This document shows positions 16,422-25,588 of a stretch of 64,000 nt of DNA, piece after piece. Both the position numbers and the translations under genes were made by a program. A model generated the notes under the pieces. The model was not told the DNA's origin, ran no database searches, and saw only the letters and a program-made list of their open reading frames with translations. The stretch covers positions 2,915 to 66,914 of the forward strand of contig DAOUHE010000096.1 in assembly GCA_034428715.1 (NCBI GenBank), read 5' to 3'. The DNA is from Dehalococcoidia bacterium (lineage in GTDB: Bacteria; Chloroflexota; Dehalococcoidia; Lucifugimonadales; UBA3495). How positions within the stretch are numbered: position 1 is the first letter of the stretch; every line of letters begins with the position of its first letter.

Positions 16422-18197
16422 TTGGAGGCTACTTTGCAGCTTAAAGGCGCGGAGATCATGTGCAAAACCCTGCTTCAGTTGGGGGTGGATGTCTTGTTCG
16501 GGCACCCCGGTGGAGCCATTCTCCCCTTTTATGACGCGCTGTGGGCTTATCCCCAGTTGCGCCACATTCTGGTACGTCACGAACAGGCCGCCGCCCACGC
16601 CGCCGACGGTTACTCCCGGATAACCGGAAGAGTGGGTGTCTGTGTGGCCACCTCGGGTCCGGGGGCGACCAACCTGATCACCGGCATCATGGGCGCAAAA
16701 GCCGACTCGGTGCCCCTGGTGGCCATCACCGGACAGGTTGCCCGCACCGCTTTAGGGTCTGAGGCCTTTCAAGAGTGCGATATTTGCTCCATCGCTGCCG
16801 CCTGCACCAAGAAAGCATTCCTGGTGATGGCGGCCGCCGATCTGGCGCCTACCCTCCACGAAGCGTTTCATATAGCCCAGGAGGGAAGGCCCGGCCCAGT
16901 GCTGGTGGATGTGCCCAGGGATGTTCAGCTGGAATTGACCGATTACATTCCGGAAGAGCCCCTGCCGGCGCCAGACCTTACCCTGTCGCGGGACACGCTG
17001 GAGGGGATCAAACACGCGGCGCGTTTGATCAACGAGGCTGAAAGGCCTTTGATCATCGGGGGCCATGGCATCGTGTCGTCGGGCGCCACCGAAGAGCTCA
17101 AAGCGTTGGCCGAAGCCACGGGCATTCCAGTGATCACAACCCTTTTGGGGCTGAGCGGATTTCCCGGAGATCATCCATTGAACCTCGGTATGCTGGGGAT
17201 GCACGGCATGTATTGGTCCAACATTGCCGTGGACCAAGCTGACCTGCTAGTGGGTCTGGCCATGCGTTTCGACGACCGGGTGACCGGAAGGGCATCGACG
17301 TTCGCCCCCCACGCAAGGATCATACACCTGGATATCGAAGCCTCTCAAGTAGGGCGGAACGTTCCAGTTGAGGTGCCTTTGGTGGGCGACGCCAAGACCA
17401 TACTCAAGGAACTGCTTCCCCACGTGAAGCACGTGGACCGGCCGGCCTGGATGGACAACATCGGCCAGTTGCGCCAAGATCATCCCTCATTGGAAATACC
17501 AGCCTCTGAGAACCTGATGCCCCAGCATGTGTTGACCAACCTCAACCAATTGCTGCAGGAGGAACCAGAAAGTGTGGTGGTGACCGGTGTGGGCCAACAC
17601 CAAATGTGGGCCGCCCAATTCCTGTTTTTCAACAGCGTAAACACCTTTGTCTCATCCGGCGGCCAGGGTGCGATGGGATTCGAACTTCCCGCCGCCATGG
17701 GTGTACAGGCCGGAAGGCCCGGTACGCCGGTCTGGACCGTCGCCGGAGATGGCGGGTTTCAGATGACCCTCCAGGAACTGGCCACGGTGGCCCATGAGAA
17801 ACTACCTGTGAAGATTGCGCTGTTCAACAACGGAAATCTGGGAATGATCCGCCAGTGGCAAGAGATGTACTTTGAGAACCATTTCAAGGCGGTTCCCATA
17901 CCGGGTCCAGATTACGTGACCTTGGCCAAGGCCTATGGTGTAGAGGCCATGCAGGTCACGGAACTGGAAGATGTACTGCCCGCATTGCGCCGGGCCCGGG
18001 CCCACGACGGACCCTTCCTGATTGATTTCGTGATAGATTCCGAAGCCAACGTTTTCCCGATGGTTCCGCCAGGCGGAAGCCTGGCGGACACGTTAGAAGA
18101 TCCCCGCTTGCAAAATGGAGCCCGGACGGCACGACGCATCCGTGCCACTGATATCGCCGAACCGGGGACCGGGGTCGAACGGCGGCACGGCAAATAG
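16422..18197 (+). CDS. ilvB: Acetolactate synthase large (catalytic) subunit, ThDP-dependent
   Basis: GAEIMCKTLLQLGVDVLFGHPGG, TSGPGATNL and GGQGAMGFELPAAMG..AGDGGFQM (ThDP motif). TTG start at 16422; an alternative start lies a few codons downstream. Confidence 0.9.
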   Translation: MEATLQLKGAEIMCKTLLQLGVDVLFGHPGGAILPFYDALWAYPQLRHILVRHEQAAAHAADGYSRITGRVGVCVATSGPGATNLITGIMGAKADSVPLVAITGQVARTALGSEAFQECDICSIAAACTKKAFLVMAAADLAPTLHEAFHIAQEGRPGPVLVDVPRDVQLELTDYIPEEPLPAPDLTLSRDTLEGIKHAARLINEAERPLIIGGHGIVSSGATEELKALAEATGIPVITTLLGLSGFPGDHPLNLGMLGMHGMYWSNIAVDQADLLVGLAMRFDDRVTGRASTFAPHARIIHLDIEASQVGRNVPVEVPLVGDAKTILKELLPHVKHVDRPAWMDNIGQLRQDHPSLEIPASENLMPQHVLTNLNQLLQEEPESVVVTGVGQHQMWAAQFLFFNSVNTFVSSGGQGAMGFELPAAMGVQAGRPGTPVWTVAGDGGFQMTLQELATVAHEKLPVKIALFNNGNLGMIRQWQEMYFENHFKAVPIPGPDYVTLAKAYGVEAMQVTELEDVLPALRRARAHDGPFLIDFVIDSEANVFPMVPPGGSLADTLEDPRLQNGARTARRIRATDIAEPGTGVERRHGK

Positions 18198-18290
18198 AGT
18201 CTCTCGCTGGGAGAATCTATTTTACTTTGGCACATTTAGAGAGAATCCAGGCCGCTCCGTCCTGGCTCTGGTTGATGCGGAAGGATCTCT

Positions 18291-19508
18291 CTACCGGAAC
18301 CGGCCGCCCCCATTGCGACGCCTGGACCGGTACGCCCGTAAGCCCAGGTATCCAATCATCAAAACCAAGGCAATCCCACCTGCCGTCGCCGCGATCGCCC
18401 CAATCAGACCCCAATTGATGTCAGTGTATTCACTGATGAAAGAGACCTGAATCCGGGCTTCCGGCTTCCGGGCAATGGCGTCTTCCTCTCCCGTTCCAGC
18501 CTTGCCTTCAGTCAACTCCTTGGTCTTAACCTCGCCGGAAGCCTCAAGAAATGTCATGGTTTGGCTGAAGTCCTTGGTGAAAACCCGTAGCGAAAGTTCG
18601 GCCCGTTCCCTGCCGTCTTTGAGCGACAAAAATACACGGTCCACCGAGCCGTCGATCGAGGCCACCAGTCCTTTGATGTCGTCCAATTCCTGAGTCACAT
18701 TCGATACTTCAATCCCCAGTACGGCAGAGGGCGCCTCTCCGCCGGAACCCTGGGGAAGGGACAATGACAGGTGGATCGTGGCCAGATCCACTCGCCGCTC
18801 CAGAAAATTCAACTGCCCCTGGTACCGCTCCACGTCCGCCCGCACCCGTGACAACTCGCGTTCGATGGTCAGGATCTCGCTCACCGTGGCGGTACGCTCC
18901 AATAGGGACAACAGGCTTTGCTCTTCCCTCAGGCTGCTTTTGAGACGGGCCTTCAGGTCAATGAACCGCTCTGAAACGTCTTCGGTGCCCAGGTTACGGT
19001 TTTGGACCTCTCCCAACCTCTCAACGGCCTCCACGGTAGCCAAGAACCGGTCTTGGGGGACCCTTAATGTCATGTTGGCATGCTGTTCTCCGGGACTGGA
19101 CCCGCCGGAGCTGGAAAGGTTTTCCACAAATCCGCCCATGCCCTCGACCACCGTCTGTACCTGCTTGATGGTGGACTCCACCGCCTCTACCTCCAAGGAG
19201 ATAGACGCGGTGGAGATGACCTTCCTTTCAGCGGTTTGCAGAGACTGTTGGCCGCCGCCATCGCCTCGGCCAATCGTGGCCAAGGCCTCCGACTCTACTG
19301 CAGCCTCCAACCTTGGAGGCTCAGGAGCGGCAGCAGGGGACGCGAAGACCGGCGCGCCTGCTGACGAGTCGAAGCCCAATGCACCTGACTGCGCCACGCT
19401 TTTGTTGCTAACCTGGGAAGATTCGTCGCCGAATGGTTCTTGGCCGCTGCCACAGGCGATCAGAGCTGCCGCCAACGCTATCAGTAGAAAAACCACCGCT
19501 TTGGACAT
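18291..19508 (-). CDS. DUF4349-like lipoprotein with C-terminal TM anchor
   Basis: Start at MSKAVVFLLIALAAALIACGS (lipobox). Core ERKVISTASISLEVEAVES..MTLRVPQDRF..FIDLKARL..LSRVRADVERYQGQLNFLERRVDLATIHLSL. C-terminal helix GLIGAIAATAGGIALVLMIGYL. Confidence 0.7.
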   Translation of the reverse strand: MSKAVVFLLIALAAALIACGSGQEPFGDESSQVSNKSVAQSGALGFDSSAGAPVFASPAAAPEPPRLEAAVESEALATIGRGDGGGQQSLQTAERKVISTASISLEVEAVESTIKQVQTVVEGMGGFVENLSSSGGSSPGEQHANMTLRVPQDRFLATVEAVERLGEVQNRNLGTEDVSERFIDLKARLKSSLREEQSLLSLLERTATVSEILTIERELSRVRADVERYQGQLNFLERRVDLATIHLSLSLPQGSGGEAPSAVLGIEVSNVTQELDDIKGLVASIDGSVDRVFLSLKDGRERAELSLRVFTKDFSQTMTFLEASGEVKTKELTEGKAGTGEEDAIARKPEARIQVSFISEYTDINWGLIGAIAATAGGIALVLMIGYLGLRAYRSRRRNGGGRFR

Positions 19509-19691
19509 GCCGTCTCCTCCAAAATCTTCTACCACTATAGACGCGGGTCTGGGTTTCAAAGTTCCCCGAACCTAATCAATCCCTTGAACATTGTAATAAA
19601 AATGAGGCTCTGTCCCCTTCCATGATGTTGCGGAGTTTTCCCGAATCGCCTACACTCAATCGGTCCGAACCTGGCATCAACGGAGGGACAA

Positions 19692-20093
19692 GTGGCAAGG
19701 GTAACCATCCAGGAAGCGTCGTACAAACTGAATCTATCCCAGGCCGTCATTCGGGATTGCATACGCAAGGGAGAGTTGCAGGCCTTCCGGGAGGCGGGTC
19801 CCCGGGGATTGCGCTGGGTTGTGGAACTACCCGAAAACGGATGGGTGGAAGGTTTTACCGCGTCTTTATACAATCTGTCCAGCCAGATGACTCCATGGTG
19901 GTGGCCTACCGAAGAAAAGGAAGGCCTTGTGCACTACGTGCAAGACTTGGGGATCGAGGAGATCGAGCCCATCTACCTATGTGGATTGAAGGGCAATAAC
20001 GTTTGGGACGCCTCCGGCCACGCACTAGCCGAGCGGTGTACTGAATGCACCGGTATAGCCGTGGAACAAGGACTGCCCCTCTGGAACGAATAG
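19692..20093 (+). CDS. Hypothetical protein with N-terminal excisionase/MerR-type helix-turn-helix
   Basis: GTG start. VTIQEASYKLNLSQAVIRDCIRKGELQAF resembles the HTH_17/Xis type. The C-terminal 80 aa are unassigned. Confidence 0.45.
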   Translation: MARVTIQEASYKLNLSQAVIRDCIRKGELQAFREAGPRGLRWVVELPENGWVEGFTASLYNLSSQMTPWWWPTEEKEGLVHYVQDLGIEEIEPIYLCGLKGNNVWDASGHALAERCTECTGIAVEQGLPLWNE

Positions 20094-20195
20094 CCAGCGG
20101 GAACGGCTATGTTTGCCCATTACACCCCACCTCAGTGGCTCGCTACTGAGGCCAACGGCTAAACGGCAGCGCCAGTCTTGCGTGAGTGCCGCTTA

Positions 20196-21617
20196 CTAAC
20201 CGCCCTCGCCACCGGTCTCCAATCCGGGCATGGTCATGGCTTCGGGATCCAACAGGGTATCCAACTCGGCATCAGATAGATCGGTCTTCTGTTTGGCCAC
20301 CTCTCGGATGGTCTGACCCGAGGCCGCGGCCTCTTTTGCGATGGCGGCTGCCGCGTCGTAGCCGATGGACGGCGCCAGACCCGTACCAAGCATCAACCCC
20401 TTCTCCACCATGTCCGGTCCAGTGGAGGTCGCAATGATCCCCTTAACGCACTGTTCAGCGAAGTTGTCGGCCGATGCCGCCAGCAGGGAGATCGATTGCA
20501 GGATATTGTAGGCCGCGACGGGCATCATGGTGTTCAATTCAAAATAGCCCCCGTTGCCGGCCAGGGCAATGGTGGCGTCGTTTCCAATCACCTGGGCGAC
20601 GGCCTGGATCACGCTTTCGGAGATGACCGGGTTGATCTTGCCCGGCATTATGGAACTTCCCGGTTGCACCTCGGGCAGGATCAGTTCGCCCAGGCCGGCC
20701 CGGGGGCCGCAGGCCATCAACCGTATATCGTTGGCGATCTTGTGGAGGCTAACGGCAATGGTTTTGAGCCCGCCGCTGGCTTCCACCAGAGCGTCTAGGG
20801 TCGACTGGGCCTGGAAGTGATTTCCCGTTTCTTTGATCGACACCCCGGTGATCTCCGCGAGAACCCGGCAGGTCCGGGCGGAGAACTCGGGATGAGTGTT
20901 GACACCCGTGCCCACGGCCGTGCCGCCGAGGGCCACCTCGCTGAGGGCTTCCTGAACCCGGCGCAGGCGTTGAATGCTGTAATCGGCCTGGCCGGCGAAT
21001 CCCAGGAATTCCTGGCCTAGACGCACCGGCGTGGCGTCTTGAAGGTGAGTCCGGCCAGTTTTGACAATGGGCCAAAACTCGTCCGACTTTTTCTGCAGCT
21101 CATCCCTGAGCTTCTCTAGGGCGGGAATTAGTTCCCCATCGATGGCCATCATCGCCGCCAGATGAATCGCGGTGGGTATGACGTCGTTTGACGACTGGCC
21201 CATATTGACCTGGTCGTTGGGATGCACCAGCCGGGAGCCCAAGTCTCCTCCCAAGATTTGGGACGCGCGGTTGGCGATGACCTCGTTGGCGTTGGTGTTG
21301 GTAGAGGTGCCGGAACCCGTCTGAAAGATATCCAGCACGAAATGTTCGTCCATTTTGCCATCGGCGACTTCCTGCGCGGCCGCCACGATCACGTTCATCA
21401 TGGCTTCATCAAGGTTGCCCAGGGCATTATTGGTGCGGGCGGCGGCCAGTTTGACCAGCCCTAATGCCCGGATGAACGTCCTGGGAAAACGCAGGTCGCT
21501 GATGGGGAAATTCAGCACCGCCCGCATGGTGGAGGCGCCGTAAAGAGCGCCAGCCGGGACTTCCATAGGCCCCATGGAATCGCGCTCAATCCTGACTTCG
21601 GGATTGGTGGCCGTCAT
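20196..21617 (-). CDS. fumC: Class II fumarate hydratase / aspartase-family lyase (fumarase-like)
   Basis: Signature GSSIMPGKINPV. QTGSGTSTNTNANEVIANRA is closer to FumC than to AspA. Confidence 0.8.
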   Translation of the reverse strand: MTATNPEVRIERDSMGPMEVPAGALYGASTMRAVLNFPISDLRFPRTFIRALGLVKLAAARTNNALGNLDEAMMNVIVAAAQEVADGKMDEHFVLDIFQTGSGTSTNTNANEVIANRASQILGGDLGSRLVHPNDQVNMGQSSNDVIPTAIHLAAMMAIDGELIPALEKLRDELQKKSDEFWPIVKTGRTHLQDATPVRLGQEFLGFAGQADYSIQRLRRVQEALSEVALGGTAVGTGVNTHPEFSARTCRVLAEITGVSIKETGNHFQAQSTLDALVEASGGLKTIAVSLHKIANDIRLMACGPRAGLGELILPEVQPGSSIMPGKINPVISESVIQAVAQVIGNDATIALAGNGGYFELNTMMPVAAYNILQSISLLAASADNFAEQCVKGIIATSTGPDMVEKGLMLGTGLAPSIGYDAAAAIAKEAAASGQTIREVAKQKTDLSDAELDTLLDPEAMTMPGLETGGEGG

Positions 21618-21805
21618 CTAGAGGTTTCCTCCGGTGAAATATGCACGTTGATTTTATCCATTGCGCCGGAAGATGACCAGCCCGGTATTTTGGTACAACG
21701 TGGAAAGCTTTTGTGGCCATATGATTCCGCGAACGGAATTCGCGAAGCCACGCCGAATTGTTTGCCTTCGGCGGAATCTATTTTAGGCAAAGTAACAGAG
21801 GGTAG

Positions 21806-21834
21806 TTGGCCAACTAGTAGATCGTTGGTATACT
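21806..21834 (+). promoter_or_regulatory. Candidate promoter upstream of the truncated deacetylase fragment and dehydrogenase
   Basis: TTGGCC (21806-21811), 17-nt spacer, TATACT (21829-21834). GAAGGAGG precedes the ATG at 21915. Confidence 0.45.
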
Positions 21835-21914
21835 CCGCGCAGGTAATCGAATTCTAATCAGAACCGAGGCCGCCATAGCCTCAGGCAATATCACAAATGA
21901 AGGAGGTCTGACCC

Positions 21915-22151
21915 ATGCCTCTGCCTCCCAACCGAATGGATTATAGTCCAATCATCGACCGTCCCATCATCAAGTGGCCCAACAATGCCCGGGTCGCTTT
22001 CTGGGTCGCGCCGAATATCGAGCACTACGAATACATGCCTATCTTGGACGGTGTGCGCAATCCTTGGCCCCGGACGCCCCATCCCGACGTGCAGCAATAC
22101 TCATCCCACGAGTTTGGCAACCGGGTGGGTTTACAAAACTGGGAGAGTTGA
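21915..22151 (+). pseudogene. N-terminal fragment (78 codons) of a third CE4-fold deacetylase paralog
   Basis: MPLPPNRMDYSPIIDRPIIKWPNNARVAFWVAPNIEHYEY..DVQQYS aligns with residues 1-73 of the 3616-4530 product (about 55/73 identical by hand). Similarity ends near 22131, with a stop at 22149. Confidence 0.7.
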
Positions 22152-22183
22152 CGCTCCCGAATCAACAGGAACGGAGAAGCGAG

Positions 22184-23101
22184 ATGACAGAGGTTGGATT
22201 TATTGGTTTGGGCCATATGGGTGGTCCGATCGCGGGGAACCTCCAAAAGGCGGGGCATCACATGGTGGTGCATGATCTGGATCAAGCGGCGGCGGCGAAT
22301 TTGATGGAGCGTGGGGCGGACTGGGCCGATAGCCCCCAAGCGTTGGCGGAACGTTGCGAGGTGATCTTTACCTCTTTGCCGGGCCCCCCGGAGGCGGAAT
22401 CGGTGGCCATGGGACCGGAGGGTATATTCCGGGGCGCCAAGCCGGGCACGGTCTACTTCGATACAACCTCTAACCTGCCCTCGATGGTGCGGCGCATGGC
22501 GGCGGCGGGGCAGGAGAAAGGGATCACGGTGCTGGACGCGGCGGTGAGCGGTGGCGTGCGCGGCGCCGAGGCGGCAACCCTGTCGGTGATGGTCGGCGGT
22601 GACCGGGAGGCCTTTGAGCGGTACAAGCCGCTGCTGGATGCCATCGGCGCGAATGTCTTCCATCTGGGGGATGTGGGCGCCGGGTGTACGGTCAAGTTGA
22701 TCAACAACCTGCTGGGAATCGCCTCCAACCAGCTAGTATATGAAGGGGTGGTGCTGGGGGCGAAGGCCGGCATTGACCCGGTCACCCTTTACGAGGTGAT
22801 GAACGTCAGCTCGGGGGCCCGGATGATCCAAGGAATGCGGGCAATATTGGACCGCGACTGGGATGACCCAGGCTTCACCCTCGAGTTGTCGGGAAAAGAT
22901 ATCAGCCTGGCCGTCCAGTTGGGCCGCGAACTCGGTGTTCCGATGCCGGTATCATCGGCGGCCGAGCAGAACTTCATACGGGCCAAGGGCCGGGGATTGG
23001 GCAAAAAAGCCAGCGGGGCGACCCTTACCCTGCTGGAAGAGGTTGCCGGAGTGGAGGTGCGCACCAACCTGCCCATGGATTCCCTGCCGGGGTCAGGCTG
23101 A
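22184..23101 (+). CDS. NAD(P)-dependent 3-hydroxyisobutyrate dehydrogenase family oxidoreductase
   Basis: MTEVGFIGLGHMGGPIAGNL (Rossmann) and the central MLDAAVSGG-type motif VLDAAVSGGVRGAEAATL. The ATG at 22184 is internal to the track ORF 21974. Confidence 0.85.
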   Translation: MTEVGFIGLGHMGGPIAGNLQKAGHHMVVHDLDQAAAANLMERGADWADSPQALAERCEVIFTSLPGPPEAESVAMGPEGIFRGAKPGTVYFDTTSNLPSMVRRMAAAGQEKGITVLDAAVSGGVRGAEAATLSVMVGGDREAFERYKPLLDAIGANVFHLGDVGAGCTVKLINNLLGIASNQLVYEGVVLGAKAGIDPVTLYEVMNVSSGARMIQGMRAILDRDWDDPGFTLELSGKDISLAVQLGRELGVPMPVSSAAEQNFIRAKGRGLGKKASGATLTLLEEVAGVEVRTNLPMDSLPGSG

Positions 23102-23128
23102 ATCGCTAAGTCTTTGTGAACTAAGAAA

Positions 23129-23857
23129 CTAAGGCTCCACTCTGGGAGCAGACAGCGAAGCGGGCGAGGGTTGAAATACCCACACCTGGCCGGTAGATGG
23201 CAAGTCTTCTGAGGTCAGGGTAACGCAGTGGCCATCCAAATGCTTAACGTTTGGTTGGGTAGCCAGCCACTGGCGGGGACCCTTCAGGCCGCAGGACTCG
23301 GGCATCAAGTCCGGCACCCGGTAGTGCATTGGGATGACGACCCGGGGATTAACCCGGTCCACCACCGAGTCCACCTCTTGGTAGCTGAGCAGGTGGCAGG
23401 AATCATCGACGGTAACCATCAACACATCGACTGGACCCACGGCGTCGCTCACGGAATCCGGCCAATCGGCCCGGTTATCTCCCATGTGCAGGAACCGGAT
23501 GCCCCCGGTTTCCAGCAGGAACATGACGTTGGCCATGCCCCTCACGCCGGAGCGCCCCGCATGGAGATCCAAGACACCTTGAATGGCCAAATCCTGTTGG
23601 TGGAAGCCGGACGGTGTTCTTATCAAGGATGCCGCTTCCGGCAGCCGGTCCGCGGCATCGTGGTCGAAGTGGGCGTGGGTGATCAAGTCTACGTCGCATA
23701 TCACATCGGGGAACTGGCGAGTGAACCAGTACCGGCCGGTCTGATTCCGGTAGGGGTCGGCCAAGACACGAAAGCCTTGGGCGGTCTCCCACAGAAACGC
23801 GCAGTGACCGAAAAAGGTAACGGTCACCGGCGATTTTACTTGGTGTGGCTGGGTCAC
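23129..23857 (-). CDS. MBL-fold metallo-hydrolase
   Basis: LITHAHFDHDAAD (HxHxDH motif). Confidence 0.8.
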   Translation of the reverse strand: MTQPHQVKSPVTVTFFGHCAFLWETAQGFRVLADPYRNQTGRYWFTRQFPDVICDVDLITHAHFDHDAADRLPEAASLIRTPSGFHQQDLAIQGVLDLHAGRSGVRGMANVMFLLETGGIRFLHMGDNRADWPDSVSDAVGPVDVLMVTVDDSCHLLSYQEVDSVVDRVNPRVVIPMHYRVPDLMPESCGLKGPRQWLATQPNVKHLDGHCVTLTSEDLPSTGQVWVFQPSPASLSAPRVEP

Positions 23858-23958
23858 GACCCCTCACGCATTTTTGTCTGCCGTGATCCCAACCTCAGGT
23901 CGCGAGACGGGACCCAAGAAAGTTTCTGAGGGATTGGTTTAACCCGTTAAGCCGCCGT

Positions 23959-25509
23959 CTACCGCCCTTCCTTGATCCAGTCGGCCACCTTTTCTGCGAT
24001 CATTATGGTGGTGGCGTTGGTGTTGGCCCGGATGACGTCGGGCATGATGGACGCGTCTACCACCCGCAGGTTTTCCATGCCGTGGATATGGCCGAACTGG
24101 TCAACCACCGCCATGGAGTCGCCGGCCGGGCCCATCTTGCAGGTGCCGGAAATGTGGTGCTGGGTGTACACGTTGCGTAGCATCCAATTATCCAGGGAAT
24201 CGTCGGTGGCCAGGTCCTGGTCGGTGGGATTCAACCGGGCCTCTATCAGATCGCGGAACTGTTCGTGCTCGGATATCTTTATCGCCGTCCGCAATGCCTC
24301 CCTCATGCGCTCGCGGTCATAGGGGTCGGTCAAGAAATCGTAGTTCAAGTTGGGCTGCACCCGGGGGTCGGTGGAAACCAGCGTCAACTCTCCCGCCGAC
24401 GTGGCGTTCTGGAGACCAACGCTCAGGCCAAAATGGAAATCTTCACTCTCTATGACCACGCTGGCGGGCCGGTGTTCGCTGTTCATCAAAATGGGCGCTA
24501 GCTGGAAGTCGGCCCTGGTGGTGGACCCTTGCGTGCTGAACCGCAGGCCCACCTGAATGCTGGCCGCGTCGTCGGATGGGGGCTCGCCGACGCCCTTGAA
24601 AAGCAAAAAAGCCGCCGGGTGGTCCCGCAGGTTTTGGCCAACGCCGGGAAGATCGTGCTGCAGTGTTATCCCCATGCTGTCCAGATGGCCGGCCGGCCCC
24701 ACGCCGGACAGCATCAGGATCTGGGGGGAAGCCACGGCGCCGGCGCTGAGGATTATCTGATCACCCTCCACCGTGAATGTTTGGTCCCCGCTTTCCGCTT
24801 CCACGCCCACGGCCCGTTTGCCCTGGAACAACACCCGGTGGGCGGTGATGTTTCCCCTGACGGTGAGGTTAAGCCGGTGGCGCGCCAGGTTGAGGTAGGT
24901 AAGGGACGTGCTCATGCGGACACCGTCGATATTGTTCAAGGGACGGGACGCGATGCCTGTTGAGTCGGGATGGTTCTGGTCCGGATCGTCGGGGAAACCC
25001 ATGGCGAGGCAGGTATCGTAGAACGCCCTTGACGTGGGAAGCAAGTCCCTCCTTTGGTACCGGCGGACGGGGATGGGTCCGTCATTGCCGTGAAAATCGT
25101 CGCCGCCGAAATCCCGGTCGGTCTCCATCTTGCGAAAAAAAGGCAGGACATCGGTGAAGGACCACTGATCGTTGCCCCACGCAGCCCAGTTGTCGTAGTC
25201 CTCGGGAACTCCCCTGAACAACACCTGCCCATTAATGGAACTTGAGCCACCCATCGCCTTGCCTCTGGGGATCACGATGGGCTCGGCCTGCAACGGCGTG
25301 GCGGTGGCCCGGTAGTCCCAACTGTGGGGACCATAGGCCGAACGCCAAACGTTGTTACCGTCTTTGATGTCAATGGGAATGTGGTCGAAATCCGGATAGT
25401 CCGGGCCCGCCTCCAGCAAGAGCACCGATTTTTCGGGGTCCTCAGACAAGCGCGTCGCCAAGACGCATCCGGCGGAGCCGCCTCCCACGATGACGTAATC
25501 GTATTTCAT
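23959..25509 (-). CDS. GMC family FAD-dependent oxidoreductase (choline dehydrogenase-like)
   Basis: YDYVIVGGGSAGCVLATRLSED..LLLEAG, GGSSSINGQV and C-terminal HISGTCKMG. Confidence 0.9.
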   Translation of the reverse strand: MKYDYVIVGGGSAGCVLATRLSEDPEKSVLLLEAGPDYPDFDHIPIDIKDGNNVWRSAYGPHSWDYRATATPLQAEPIVIPRGKAMGGSSSINGQVLFRGVPEDYDNWAAWGNDQWSFTDVLPFFRKMETDRDFGGDDFHGNDGPIPVRRYQRRDLLPTSRAFYDTCLAMGFPDDPDQNHPDSTGIASRPLNNIDGVRMSTSLTYLNLARHRLNLTVRGNITAHRVLFQGKRAVGVEAESGDQTFTVEGDQIILSAGAVASPQILMLSGVGPAGHLDSMGITLQHDLPGVGQNLRDHPAAFLLFKGVGEPPSDDAASIQVGLRFSTQGSTTRADFQLAPILMNSEHRPASVVIESEDFHFGLSVGLQNATSAGELTLVSTDPRVQPNLNYDFLTDPYDRERMREALRTAIKISEHEQFRDLIEARLNPTDQDLATDDSLDNWMLRNVYTQHHISGTCKMGPAGDSMAVVDQFGHIHGMENLRVVDASIMPDVIRANTNATTIMIAEKVADWIKEGR

Positions 25510-25524
25510 TGTTTGGTTCTCCTT

Positions 25525-25555
25525 AGCTGTCAGCTTTCAGCGGCCAGCATTCAGC
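25525..25555 (-). repeat. Heptanucleotide array; in the sense of the GMC gene reads GCTGAAT GCTGGCC GCTGAAA GCTGACA GCT
   Basis: Four 7-nt units. The array abuts the Shine-Dalgarno AAGGAG (25524-25519), which is followed by 9 nt and then the ATG at 25509. Confidence 0.85.
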
Positions 25556-25588
25556 TTTTTGATTCGCCGGCCGTGCCTGCTTTGGCGG

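Noticed and set aside
20130-20151. Hairpin CCTCAGT-N8-ACTGAGG between convergent genes as a terminator
   Set aside because: The stem is only 7 bp with no adjacent U/A tract on either strand. This is too weak to list as a feature.
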